A DNA stretch of 63,072 bases, counting the filler, from a bacterium (GTDB taxonomy: Bacteria; JAMOTN01): the NCBI GenBank assembly GCA_027062325.1. It is 7 parts of 7 records of this genome, joined end to end, with 100 filler letters (N's around TTAATTAATTAA, not from the genome) between each part and the next. Parts side by side here need not be neighbours in the genome. Positions count along the whole stretch, not along the records: positions 41,772 to 55,065 come from JAMOTN010000006.1; positions 55,166 to 57,798 come from JAMOTN010000008.1; positions 57,899 to 60,494 come from JAMOTN010000009.1; 4 more parts are not named here. One strand, given 5' to 3'. Within the stretch, counting starts at the first letter, position 1, and each line of letters opens with the position of its first letter. Below are positions 49,065-58,542 of the stretch, piece by piece. The notes under the pieces are model-generated. The model was not told the DNA's origin and ran no database searches. It was given only the letters and a program-made list of their open reading frames with translations. Made by a program: the position numbers and the translations under genes.

Positions 49065-51341
49065 TCAAAAATTGCAGCTCACCTCCAGGGAAAGCATCTC
49101 CTGAGTTTCAGGATATGCGCCGTATTTCTTTATCAGGTATGTAACAGGCTTTGGACTTCCCCATCTTAGAGTTAAAGATGTATCTTGTGTTGGTTTTATT
49201 CTTAAGCTGCTAGTTAGAAGTATGTATGTGTTTAGACGAGTATTATCTTCGAATTTTTTAACATTCCAATACTCAATATCCCAATTCCCATATTTTGAGA
49301 ATGTTTGGCTATATTTTAGGTTTAAGATGTTGTGTCGAACGGGATTATCTGGATCTGTTACCTCTGTTTCTTTCCACAGTTGATTTTCAATTTTTAAGTT
49401 GCCTATTGATCCAATTTTTCTATTAAGAGACAAAGTTAACTCAATGTTTTCTTTTTCCACCATTGAATCAGAGTTGAATTCGTTCCAGCCAACAGCAGAG
49501 TATTTTCTAAAAGCAGATGCATAGATATTTGTTTTTGGAGATGCTGTATAGGAAAGAGATCCTTCTATTGAGCGTATTTTAAATGTATCACCAAAGTTGT
49601 TGCGAGTATCTTTGTCTTCATAATAGGAAAGGTTGAGGGAGGTTGAGAGTTTGTCTGTTAATTTAACTCTGGAATCAAGTGATATGGATTGCTCACCCTC
49701 AGAGTCGGGAAGGGGATATTTTGTGAGACTATATGAAATGTTTGTTGTCATATCCTTTGATAGATTGGCGGTTATTGAAAAGTTGTAATCGTAGGCTTTG
49801 TGTCCATCTGTATTTTTGTTATAAGTTTTATTTTCATCGTTTTTGTCCCATGATTTTTGAAGCATAACTGCGTCAAGTTTTAAAGATTGGTCTCTGTTTG
49901 AAGGGAAAGTGTATTTGTAGCTGATGTGGAACTTAAGTGCGTTTTCACCTAGAATATCTTTTCTGTAATAGTTGGAATATGATTTGCGTCTGATACTCCA
50001 AGGGTTGACATTTAAGTAATTAAAATCCCCTAGGGAGTTGTAAAACCACTTTCCAAAGTTGTAACCATCCACTGTGAATCTGAAAGCTCCTTGAGATAGT
50101 GAAATTTGCCATTTTGTTCCGGTGTCGGAAAATAATTCGTAAGAGTCAAAGTTTGAAAGATTCAAGACCCATGCAGGATTTTTAGATTGCATGTGTTCTA
50201 CATAAAAACGCAGAGATGTATCTTTAAGTTTTGTATTTCCAAGCAGATCTATTGCAAATATACTGCTGAAGTTGTTGTCATGGTCGTATGAGTAAGCCAC
50301 TTCTCCATAAGTTGTACCAAGTTTAAGCGAGAGATTAGCAATGTTGAAAACAGAACTTCTAATTTCTCCGAAGAATCCATCCCAATTTTCTCCATATAGA
50401 TCTTTTCCTATCCAGTGAAGTGTTTGAAGTTTGGCTTTGAATTTTCTCAAAAATTTTGCATTTATCTCTATTCCTCCCCATGGATCGAAGTAATCTTCTG
50501 CCCAGGGAGCTCTTAACCATAAACGTTTAGGATTCCAGACACGTTCTGGATCAGAAGAAGAGGAGTGTCCTTCATTATGAAAGCCTCTAAAAGTGAACTT
50601 GGGATGTTTGAACTTTATGTGAGCTGCATCTGGTATTACGTTTTTATCGTCAAGATCGTTCATTTCAGCGATTAATCTGAAATATACTTCTGAGCTTGCA
50701 GAAGGATTAAACAATTGATGCAAGGTAATTTTGTGCTTTATGTAGTTTATACCATTTGTGTCGTCTTGTATGTCGGTTGTACTTTTGTAATCCCTGACGA
50801 ACAGGCCTTCCATTGTGTATTCCATTGATAAACTCTTCTTTTCAAGTTTTTCCACTCTTTTTTTGTAATCATCAAGTGTTTTTTCAAGTTTTGAGTACTT
50901 GAGTCCTAGATCTTCGAGCTCTTTCCTAAACTCCAGCACAAGTTTTTTGATTAGTTCTGCATCTTCTGGACTGATCACACCACCAGCTGTTTCAATGTCT
51001 TCAAGTTTAGCAACTATTTTTGCTGCTAATAGTGCTAGATCGTAACGCGTGACAAAACTCCTTCCTCTGAAAGTTCCGTCTGGGTATCCATCTATGTAAC
51101 CTTTCCGTGCAAGCTCTTCTATTGCTTCATATGCCCAATGTGTTTTTGGCACATCTTTGAATTCTATATCTTGAGCGCTTGTTTTTTGAAAGGTAATTAA
51201 TAGGGTAGAGAGTACGAGAACTGCAAATGATAGATAGTATTTGATAAAATTAGCAAAAAAAGGAGTATGAGAGTGATACTTTTCTTCAGAGAAATTATCT
51301 GCTTTAAGCTCCATAGTTGTTGGCATAGATGTTAATTTCAT
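49065..51341 (-). CDS. SLH + coiled-coil + beta-barrel outer-membrane protein (OmpM/SlpA-like architecture)
   Basis: FKDVPKTHWAYEAI..GYIDGYPDGTFRG..VTRYDLA, LVLEFRKELEDLG coiled coil, long beta-rich region, terminal Phe; start set at the ATG with SD GAGGGG. Confidence 0.85.
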   Translation of the reverse strand: MKLTSMPTTMELKADNFSEEKYHSHTPFFANFIKYYLSFAVLVLSTLLITFQKTSAQDIEFKDVPKTHWAYEAIEELARKGYIDGYPDGTFRGRSFVTRYDLALLAAKIVAKLEDIETAGGVISPEDAELIKKLVLEFRKELEDLGLKYSKLEKTLDDYKKRVEKLEKKSLSMEYTMEGLFVRDYKSTTDIQDDTNGINYIKHKITLHQLFNPSASSEVYFRLIAEMNDLDDKNVIPDAAHIKFKHPKFTFRGFHNEGHSSSSDPERVWNPKRLWLRAPWAEDYFDPWGGIEINAKFLRKFKAKLQTLHWIGKDLYGENWDGFFGEIRSSVFNIANLSLKLGTTYGEVAYSYDHDNNFSSIFAIDLLGNTKLKDTSLRFYVEHMQSKNPAWVLNLSNFDSYELFSDTGTKWQISLSQGAFRFTVDGYNFGKWFYNSLGDFNYLNVNPWSIRRKSYSNYYRKDILGENALKFHISYKYTFPSNRDQSLKLDAVMLQKSWDKNDENKTYNKNTDGHKAYDYNFSITANLSKDMTTNISYSLTKYPLPDSEGEQSISLDSRVKLTDKLSTSLNLSYYEDKDTRNNFGDTFKIRSIEGSLSYTASPKTNIYASAFRKYSAVGWNEFNSDSMVEKENIELTLSLNRKIGSIGNLKIENQLWKETEVTDPDNPVRHNILNLKYSQTFSKYGNWDIEYWNVKKFEDNTRLNTYILLTSSLRIKPTQDTSLTLRWGSPKPVTYLIKKYGAYPETQEMLSLEVSCNF

Positions 51342-51428
51342 TGCACGCCCCCTCACAATTAGAATTTTCGGCATTAACTTCTTGTGGTTGAGTGAAGTTG
51401 GGGGCTTAATATGAGGGGTGGCTGTATT

Positions 51429-52442
51429 ATGAAGATAGATTTGGGAAATAAGATCCAAGGGTATTTTTCTGGAAAAAAAGTTTTAATAACTGGTGCTACA
51501 GGAACCATAGGAAAAGCTATTCTTAATAAGATACTTAATACAGATGTTGATGTTGTGCGTGTGTTTTCCCGGGATGAGTACAAACAGTTTAACATGATGC
51601 AGGAATATACTGATCCGCGATTGCGCTTTTTTCTTGGTGATGTAAGGGATAAAGAAAGATTAAAATTTGCCCTTTTGGGAGTTAATGTTGTCATACATTG
51701 TGCAGCTTTAAAGCATGTGCCTTTATGTGAGTACAATCCTTTCGAGGCAGTTAAAACAAATGTGTTTGGGACTCAAAATCTTATAGAGGTGGCAATTGAG
51801 GAGGGGGTTGAGCGCTTTATCACGATAAGTACGGACAAAGCAGTGTCACCTACAAGTACAATGGGAGCGACCAAGCTTTTAGCAGAGAGGATGACGGTTT
51901 CTGCAAATAATTTCAAAGGAGGTTCTCCGACAAGATTCATGGCAGTGCGCTTTGGTAATGTTTTGGGTTCTAGAGGAAGTGTTTTAGATTTGTGGGTAAA
52001 GCAGGCTAGGAGTGGTTATATTACTCTCACTCATGAAGAGATGGTACGTTATTTTATGAGAATAGAGGATGCAGCAGAGCTTGTGTTGAAAGCGTTAGTT
52101 GTTGGTGAAGGGGGAGAAATTTTTATTCTACCTATGAAAAAAGTTTTTATGAAGGACTTTGCTCGTGCATTTTGTGATGTTTGGAATGAGCTTACGGGTA
52201 GGAGTTTGGATATTAAGAAGATAGGTGTGCGTCCTGGTGAGAAGATGGAGGAGGAACTTGTGACAGAAGTTGAATTAAGAAGTGCTTTTTTGAAGAATGG
52301 AATGATAGCAATTGATTTTAAAAACGATGTAACCATTTCTGAGGAGGATAGGAGTGTTTTAAAAGATAAGTTGAATGAGTTTATGTCGTATCAGGAGATA
52401 AAGGATCTTATAAATGGGTATTTGAAAGGACTGTTTAATTGA
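51429..52442 (+). CDS. UDP-GlcNAc 4,6-dehydratase (PseB/CapD family)
   Basis: TGATGTIG, FSRDEYKQ, AALKHVP, STDKA, MGATK, VRFGNVLGSRGSV. Confidence 0.9.
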   Translation: MKIDLGNKIQGYFSGKKVLITGATGTIGKAILNKILNTDVDVVRVFSRDEYKQFNMMQEYTDPRLRFFLGDVRDKERLKFALLGVNVVIHCAALKHVPLCEYNPFEAVKTNVFGTQNLIEVAIEEGVERFITISTDKAVSPTSTMGATKLLAERMTVSANNFKGGSPTRFMAVRFGNVLGSRGSVLDLWVKQARSGYITLTHEEMVRYFMRIEDAAELVLKALVVGEGGEIFILPMKKVFMKDFARAFCDVWNELTGRSLDIKKIGVRPGEKMEEELVTEVELRSAFLKNGMIAIDFKNDVTISEEDRSVLKDKLNEFMSYQEIKDLINGYLKGLFN

Positions 52443-52469
52443 AGATTGTTTTATAGGAGGGTAAAGGAA

Positions 52470-53627
52470 ATGAGTAAATATAAAATTGAATTTGCCCCAG
52501 TGGATTTTTCAGATGCTATTAAATATGTTGAAGAGGTACTGAAATCTGGATGGCTTACTAGTGGAAAGTTTGTGAATTTAGTGGAAGAGCGATTGAGTGA
52601 TTATTTTAAGCGTCCATTTTTACTCACGAGTTCATGTACGCACAGCTTGGAGCTTGCTTATAAATTTGCAATTGAAAAAACGGAGAAAAATTTATTTGTG
52701 GTTCCTACTTGGACTTTTGCTGCCACGGCTAATGCTGCTGTCAATGTGGGAGGAAGGATTGCTTTTTACGATGTTGATGATAATTTGAGTGTGGATTTTA
52801 AAAGTTTGGCAAGAATTTTGCAAAAACACGGTAATGATGTTGCAGCAGTAGTAACTGTTGATTACTCAGGGCTTCCTGTTGATTACAAAAAGGTGAGGCA
52901 TTACATAGATATGTACGCCCCTCAAGCTCTTTTCATTGCCGATTGTGCTCACAGTTTTGGTTCCAGTTATTTGAATGAGCCAGCCGGTTTTTTTGCGGAT
53001 ATTGCGTGTTTCAGTTTTTATGCCAATAAAAATTTGCCAGCGGGAGAAGGTGGAGGAGTGCTTATAAAGAGTGAGTGGGAGAGGGATTTTAGATTGATGC
53101 GGCTTCACGGTATTAGTAAAGACAGTTGGGCACGATACGGTTCTGGGAAATGGGATTACTCGATAGAGATTATAGGGAAAAAGGCGAATATGTCAGATTT
53201 ACATGCAGCTGTTCTTATGGCTAAGTTGGAAAGATTTGATGAGGATCAGAAGATTAGATTGGCTTATTGGGCAAAGTATGCAGAGGTAGTGGAAGGAATT
53301 GAGGGTGTTAGGATGTTACCTTTGAGTATTGGAGTACGTCGTGGGAATGCTCATCTTGCTGTGTTGCTATTTGAGGATATAAATAGAAGAGATAGTGTTA
53401 TGCAGTGCTTGGTCGATGCTGGAGTAATGTTGAGCTTTCACTTTCCGCCTTTGCATATACAGCCTGCTTATACAAGTGAAATGTTTGGAGTTGAAGTTGT
53501 TGAAAGTTTTGGAAGTATAGCTGAATATTATTCTAACAGAGTATTTTCGCTTCCGATATCTGCTTATTTGGAGCCCGAGGATGTTGATTACGTATGTGAG
53601 AATTTGTATAGATGCTTACATACTTGA
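52470..53627 (+). CDS. DegT/DnrJ sugar aminotransferase (PseC/LegC-like)
   Basis: SGWLTSG, SSCT, DCAHSFG, FSFYANKNLPAGEGG. Confidence 0.9.
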   Translation: MSKYKIEFAPVDFSDAIKYVEEVLKSGWLTSGKFVNLVEERLSDYFKRPFLLTSSCTHSLELAYKFAIEKTEKNLFVVPTWTFAATANAAVNVGGRIAFYDVDDNLSVDFKSLARILQKHGNDVAAVVTVDYSGLPVDYKKVRHYIDMYAPQALFIADCAHSFGSSYLNEPAGFFADIACFSFYANKNLPAGEGGGVLIKSEWERDFRLMRLHGISKDSWARYGSGKWDYSIEIIGKKANMSDLHAAVLMAKLERFDEDQKIRLAYWAKYAEVVEGIEGVRMLPLSIGVRRGNAHLAVLLFEDINRRDSVMQCLVDAGVMLSFHFPPLHIQPAYTSEMFGVEVVESFGSIAEYYSNRVFSLPISAYLEPEDVDYVCENLYRCLHT

Positions 53628-53686
53628 ACGATACCTCTATAATTATTAGTGGGGTGCAGTATCTTAGAAGTTAAGGAGTGAATTTA

Positions 53687-54679
53687 ATGGCCTATGGTGC
53701 TGGTGCAGTGAAATTGATAGCGGAAATAGGGATAAATCACAATGGAGATTTTAAGTTGGCAGAAAAGATGGTTTATGCAGCTTATGCAGCTGGTGCAGAT
53801 GTAGTTAAGTTTCAATACATTGTTCCGGAGCGTTTGTATTCTGTTGAGAATGCAAATCTGAGGGAATTTTTTAAACCATTTGTTTTGAGTTTGAGGGATT
53901 TCAGGAGGCTAGCGGATTTAACGCATAGCCTTGGAATGGAATTTATGTTGAGCGTTTTTGATGAGGACAGCGTAGCAGAGATTGTCAATATTGTGGATTA
54001 CTACAAAATTGCTTCTTTAGAGATAAATTATAAGTTACTGTTGGAAGAAGTGGCTAGGTACTCCTCTGAGTATGGTAAGACTGTTGTGATTTCTACTGGA
54101 GCAAGTGGTGTAGAGGAAATTAAAAGAGCTTATGAGTTGTTGTCTTCAGAGCTTGAGAGTTACCAATTGTACGTGTTGCATTGTATATCTGGTTATCCTA
54201 CCTACATAGAAAATTTAAATTTGGGAGCAATAGAGCTCTTAAAAAAAGAACTTAGTACAGAGAATATAGGGTTGTCTGATCACACATTTGGAATAGAATC
54301 CAGTATTTTGGCAGTGTGTATGGGGGCGGTTATGATTGAGAAGCATTTTACCATTGATAGGACACTAAAAGGCCCTGATCAGATGATTTCACTTGAGCCT
54401 TCTGAGTTTTTTAGATTGAGAAGGTTTTTGGATAGCTGGATGAACATAGTTGATGAGAGGAAGATCGAAGAAGAGGTTGTAGAGGGTGTTAAGGTTTGGA
54501 AAAGAAAACTTGGGGTAAAGAAAGGAGTAAAGAGTGGAGAAAAGTTAACTAAGGAGGTTCTTACTTCTTACCGGGCGCTTGATGGCATAGATGCGTGGTT
54601 AGTAGAGGAGGTAATTGGTAAAGAAGTAAAAAGGGATCTTGATCTAGGAGGAGTTTTAAAGTGGGATGATTTAAAGTAA
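53687..54679 (+). CDS. NeuB-family nonulosonic acid synthase
   Basis: IAEIGINHNG, VKFQ, KIAS, HCISGYP, GLSDHT, IEKHFT, C-terminal SAF-like domain. Confidence 0.92.
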   Translation: MAYGAGAVKLIAEIGINHNGDFKLAEKMVYAAYAAGADVVKFQYIVPERLYSVENANLREFFKPFVLSLRDFRRLADLTHSLGMEFMLSVFDEDSVAEIVNIVDYYKIASLEINYKLLLEEVARYSSEYGKTVVISTGASGVEEIKRAYELLSSELESYQLYVLHCISGYPTYIENLNLGAIELLKKELSTENIGLSDHTFGIESSILAVCMGAVMIEKHFTIDRTLKGPDQMISLEPSEFFRLRRFLDSWMNIVDERKIEEEVVEGVKVWKRKLGVKKGVKSGEKLTKEVLTSYRALDGIDAWLVEEVIGKEVKRDLDLGGVLKWDDLK

Positions 54680-54701
54680 GCCTTTTTGGGGAGATGGTAG
54701 T

Positions 54702-54968
54702 ATGATAAGGGATGATGGTTTGACGCTTGAAGATTTAGAAGAGGCTTTGAAAATGCACAAATATGAAAAGAAAATTGTTGAGATGATGAATGATAGGCAG
54801 TACGAAGTATTCAAAGAAAATTTAACCATTGGTCAAGTTGCTGATACTAGAAAAGATGCTCTTAGATTGTTGAAGATAATGATTGCCTTGAATTTGAAGA
54901 TGCAGCAGGAGATGAAGCTTAAAGGTGGAAATAACGGTAATAGTGGGAGTGGAAATGGATCGAAATGA
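54702..54968 (+). CDS. Small hypothetical protein
   Basis: SD GGGAG, 88-aa helical ORF. Confidence 0.55.
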   Translation: MIRDDGLTLEDLEEALKMHKYEKKIVEMMNDRQYEVFKENLTIGQVADTRKDALRLLKIMIALNLKMQQEMKLKGGNNGNSGSGNGSK

Positions 54969-55005
54969 TATTGGATGTTTTTGTTTCGAAGAGGTGTAGA
55001 GCAAT

Positions 55006-55065
55006 TTGGTAGGTAATTTAAAAATAGTTTTATGGCAGCCGCTTTTTCCCCATAACGCTGGGGCA
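55006..55065 (+). CDS. N-terminal fragment of a SpoU-family (TrmJ/TrmL) RNA methyltransferase
   Basis: SD GAGGTG, TTG start, MVGNLKIVLWQPLFPHNAGA (IVL..P..P.N.G motif), cut by the gap. Confidence 0.6.
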
Positions 55066-55165
55066 NNNNNNNNNNNNNNNNNNNNNNNNNNNNNNNNNNN
55101 NNNNNNNNNTTAATTAATTAANNNNNNNNNNNNNNNNNNNNNNNNNNNNNNNNNNNNNNNNNNNN
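55066..55165. other. Artificial contig spacer
   Basis: 44N-TTAATTAATTAA-44N. Confidence 0.98.
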
Positions 55166-55167
55166 AA

Positions 55168-55572
55168 TACTTTGAAATAGTTGCAAAGGATTTAAGTTTA
55201 GCCCTTAAAGAGTTGAATAATTGTGGTCTTTATCAAAATGTTTTGGTTTTGTGGAGTCCATTTGTTGAGAGAAAAATTGAGTTTTTAAATGATTTGCCTT
55301 ATGAACTTATGCAGCCTAATGAGGAAATAAAGATGTTGTTTCAAAAGAAAATGGATGCTTTTGGATTTGGTGGTTATCTTGAAAATGGCAAGTATTTAGC
55401 GGATCTTTTCAGAACAGCAGGGGTTGAAGTGCCTGTTTGTTTGGGTGGAAAGGATATAACGTGGAAAGTGCTGAAGATTATATATAAAAAATATGGTTTG
55501 AGTGAAGAAATCTTGGATTTTGTGGTTGAATTATATCGTTTATGGTTGAACGGGGGGTGGAGTTTAAGATGA
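55168..55572 (+). CDS. C-terminal fragment of a Skp/OmpH-like protein
   Basis: Frame open from the gap; KDITWKVLKIIY parallels the downstream gene. Confidence 0.45.
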   Translation, partial: YFEIVAKDLSLALKELNNCGLYQNVLVLWSPFVERKIEFLNDLPYELMQPNEEIKMLFQKKMDAFGFGGYLENGKYLADLFRTAGVEVPVCLGGKDITWKVLKIIYKKYGLSEEILDFVVELYRLWLNGGWSLR

Positions 55573-56516
55573 AAAAAGTAGTTAGAATTGGGGTGTTATT
55601 TTTTGTAATTCTACAGCTTATTAGTTTGGGGAATTTTAGTTTTGCTGGAAGTGGTAGTAAAGGAAAAGCACTAGAGGATATGAGACTGAAAAAATTAAAC
55701 GCTTTTTTAAAAAGATACGCGGTTGTTAATTTACGATTTCTTGTTCAAAAACATCCTATAATGCTTTTTTACAATCCGAGAGTTGGAAGATTTTACAGAC
55801 AGGGTGTAGTTGCTTTTAAGAGATATTTGATTAAACATCCCCTTTACAAGGGAGTTTTACCTAACTATGTTTTGAACAGGGATGTTGATTTTGAGCGCAT
55901 TGAGGAATTGAAGAGAAAGATTAAGAAGGCTAAGGTGGAGCTTCCAGAGATTGATGGATATTATACGAACAAGATTGCTCAAGTAATGGCAGAATATGCC
56001 AAAAAGAACCCCCAAATGGCGACACGCCTTGCTTCACGTTTGAATGAAGAGAGGTGGAAAAAAATTCAGGGAAAAAAGAAGGAGATTGAGAAATTGAGAG
56101 AAGAGTTGATGGATGAGATATACGTGAGTGAGAAGTATTCAGAGATTTTAAAAAAGATTGCTTTGGAAGAGATATTGTTAGCTGTTAGTTACTTGGAGAA
56201 GAAAAAAGGTGTGGAGATTTTAGTTTTGTGGAAGAGCGGTTTGAAGTGTTGTAAGTCTGGTTATTCAGATGATGTTGATGCTATGCCTATGAGAAAAGAG
56301 GATGTTGAGGAGTGGAAAAATGGATACTATGCTGGTGGTTTTGAGTCGATAATAGAGTCTATGTGGTTTGACTCTGAAAAGTTGGGTATTAATTTAAAAG
56401 ATTATACGGAAGATGTTTTAAAGGCTATATACAAGGCTTGGAGAATCGAGTGGAAGTATCATGAAAAGGAATTAGAGGGTCAATTGCCGTGGAGATATGA
56501 GAAGGTTGAGTTTTAA
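55569..56516 (+). CDS. Enlarged Skp/OmpH-like exported protein
   Basis: Signal peptide; YAVVNLRFLVQKHP, coiled coil, AVSYLEKKKGVEILV, DYTEDVLKAI. Confidence 0.55.
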   Translation: MKKVVRIGVLFFVILQLISLGNFSFAGSGSKGKALEDMRLKKLNAFLKRYAVVNLRFLVQKHPIMLFYNPRVGRFYRQGVVAFKRYLIKHPLYKGVLPNYVLNRDVDFERIEELKRKIKKAKVELPEIDGYYTNKIAQVMAEYAKKNPQMATRLASRLNEERWKKIQGKKKEIEKLREELMDEIYVSEKYSEILKKIALEEILLAVSYLEKKKGVEILVLWKSGLKCCKSGYSDDVDAMPMRKEDVEEWKNGYYAGGFESIIESMWFDSEKLGINLKDYTEDVLKAIYKAWRIEWKYHEKELEGQLPWRYEKVEF

Positions 56517-56573
56517 TTCCCCCTATGCCAAAGTGCGTCTAAATTGGTGAAAGAGGGAAAAGGGGGGATCAGT

Positions 56574-57798
56574 ATGAAATTTAAAAAGTGGATGTGGCCA
56601 ATTTTGGCAATATGGCTGATTTTCCAAGTTGCTTTTGTGGTTTCGACTTATGCAGCCATTGATGCTTCTGAGAAAATTTATATCTTGGTAGGGAAGATTG
56701 ACAAGGCTACAAGTCTTTTTACTTCAAATGTTTCTGCTAAAGGAACAGTTTTTTCAGTTAAAACAGATCCCCTGAGCTTGTATTGGAAAAAAGGGTTGGA
56801 TTCAATAAGTTTTACGGGAAAGACTCCGGTTTATGACTTCATATCTATAAACGCAGCATTGGGAATGAGTGGACCCTACATATTTGAAAAAACAGGAATT
56901 GAGAGTGGGACTCCTACTGCAGTCACCGATCCCTCTTTCGCGGTGAATGTTATAACAAGGTGTGATGAAGCAGGGTTTTGGTTTTGTCCCCAGTTTTATG
57001 GTCATGGTGGTGATGGAGGAGCTTACTTGACAGGACACATGGGAAATCCTAGAAACTGTAAAAATTTAGGAAGTTGTAATGATTCTTTCAGTGGTAGCTT
57101 AGTATGTGTTAGGTTATCAACTGCTGAGGTTAAAGATTTATTTCTAAATAAGATTCCGGAATGGGAAGCTCAGCCTATGTGGTTGGGAAGTTATGGAAGA
57201 AATGCTAGCTCTTCAACAAGAACCACTTATCGAGATAGAATGAGAAGCTGGGCTCTTGATGCTGGATATCCTCATGGGAATGTTTATCAATGTTATGGTG
57301 GAACGGCTGCGAGTCAAGATGATTTGTTTCCGTGTATAGTGCCTCCACCTGTTTCTGCACCTGATAAATGTTCATATTGGTTGGATAAGGATTCGGATGG
57401 TAGACCAGATAAGAAGTTGTTTGTGAAGATAAAGGTTGTTAATGGTGATACTTACTATACGTTTTTCCCTGTAAAAAATAGTCACGGAGATAAGGCCTGG
57501 TTTGTTTTGTCTGCTGAAGTTAAAAAGGTGAATTTGGATGTTAACTGTTTTCTACTTGCGGGTGATGGAACTGGAGCTACCTACGATTCAGGAATATCTT
57601 CAAAAGTTAAGGGGATTAAAATAAAGAGTGGGTTTGGCGCGGCAACTGAATGTGATAAGTGTGCTACAAGTAATGATCCTGCTAGGGATGCTGGAGAGAT
57701 AGGAACCCAGGTTGCTTTGACTGTTGATAATGATGGGAATACCTATTACCTCGGATTAAATGGTGGTACTTCCACCATATTTAGAAATGGGTCTCCTT
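56574..57798 (+). CDS. Large Cys/Gly-rich secreted protein (N-terminal part)
   Basis: Signal peptide MKFKKWMW...STYA; 11 Cys in the visible part; truncated by the gap. Confidence 0.7.
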
Positions 57799-57898
57799 NN
57801 NNNNNNNNNNNNNNNNNNNNNNNNNNNNNNNNNNNNNNNNNNTTAATTAATTAANNNNNNNNNNNNNNNNNNNNNNNNNNNNNNNNNNNNNNNNNNNN
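57799..57898. other. Artificial contig spacer
   Basis: 44N-TTAATTAATTAA-44N. Confidence 0.98.
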
Positions 57899-58526
57899 TC
57901 GCTTGATAATACTCTGGAGCCACTTGTTTTCCCATGAGATAACTCAACATTATTAGAATACTTTTCACTTTCTTAGCTCTTTTCTCATCTTTGTAAATAT
58001 CAGCATATAACTTGTAAAGCCAAGATCCTGCAACATACTTCTTTGCTAGATTTTTACTATTTATAAAATACTTAACCCAAATTCTTTCTGCATATTTCAA
58101 TTTACCCTTGTAGTAGTACTCTACAGCTAACTTAAGGTTTCTATCTCTGTCTGCTGCTCTAACCTGTCTCATAAAACTTCTCGAGATATTGGGGAAACTT
58201 CTTAAAAACTCTCTACCTATTTTATAAGCTACTATTCTATCTCTATGATCAACTCTTGGAGGAGATGAAGACAAAAATTTCGCCTGATACGTTCCTGGCA
58301 CCGCCCAGCTTCCATTTAGAGAATTAACTCTAGCAATTTTTCCATTTTCCCTAAGCTTTTTGCTCTTTATAACCTCTTTTTTAAAGCCAAAATCCGAGAA
58401 AACATCTTCCTTACCATTTTCCTCCTCATCCTTTAAAAGAAAAAAATACCCTATTAGCATACCTATCAACCATAATCCTATAATTATAGCCCAATCTTTC
58501 TTAGACAAGCTGATCACCTCTAACAA
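57899..58526 (-). CDS. Membrane-anchored hypothetical protein, TPR-like (truncated)
   Basis: N-terminal TM helix; LAVEYYYKGKLKYA helix pair. Confidence 0.6.
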
Positions 58527-58542
58527 AGTTTAAATTATAAGA

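Noticed and set aside
57651-57665. CDKCA as a c-type heme site
   Set aside because: No His after CxxC
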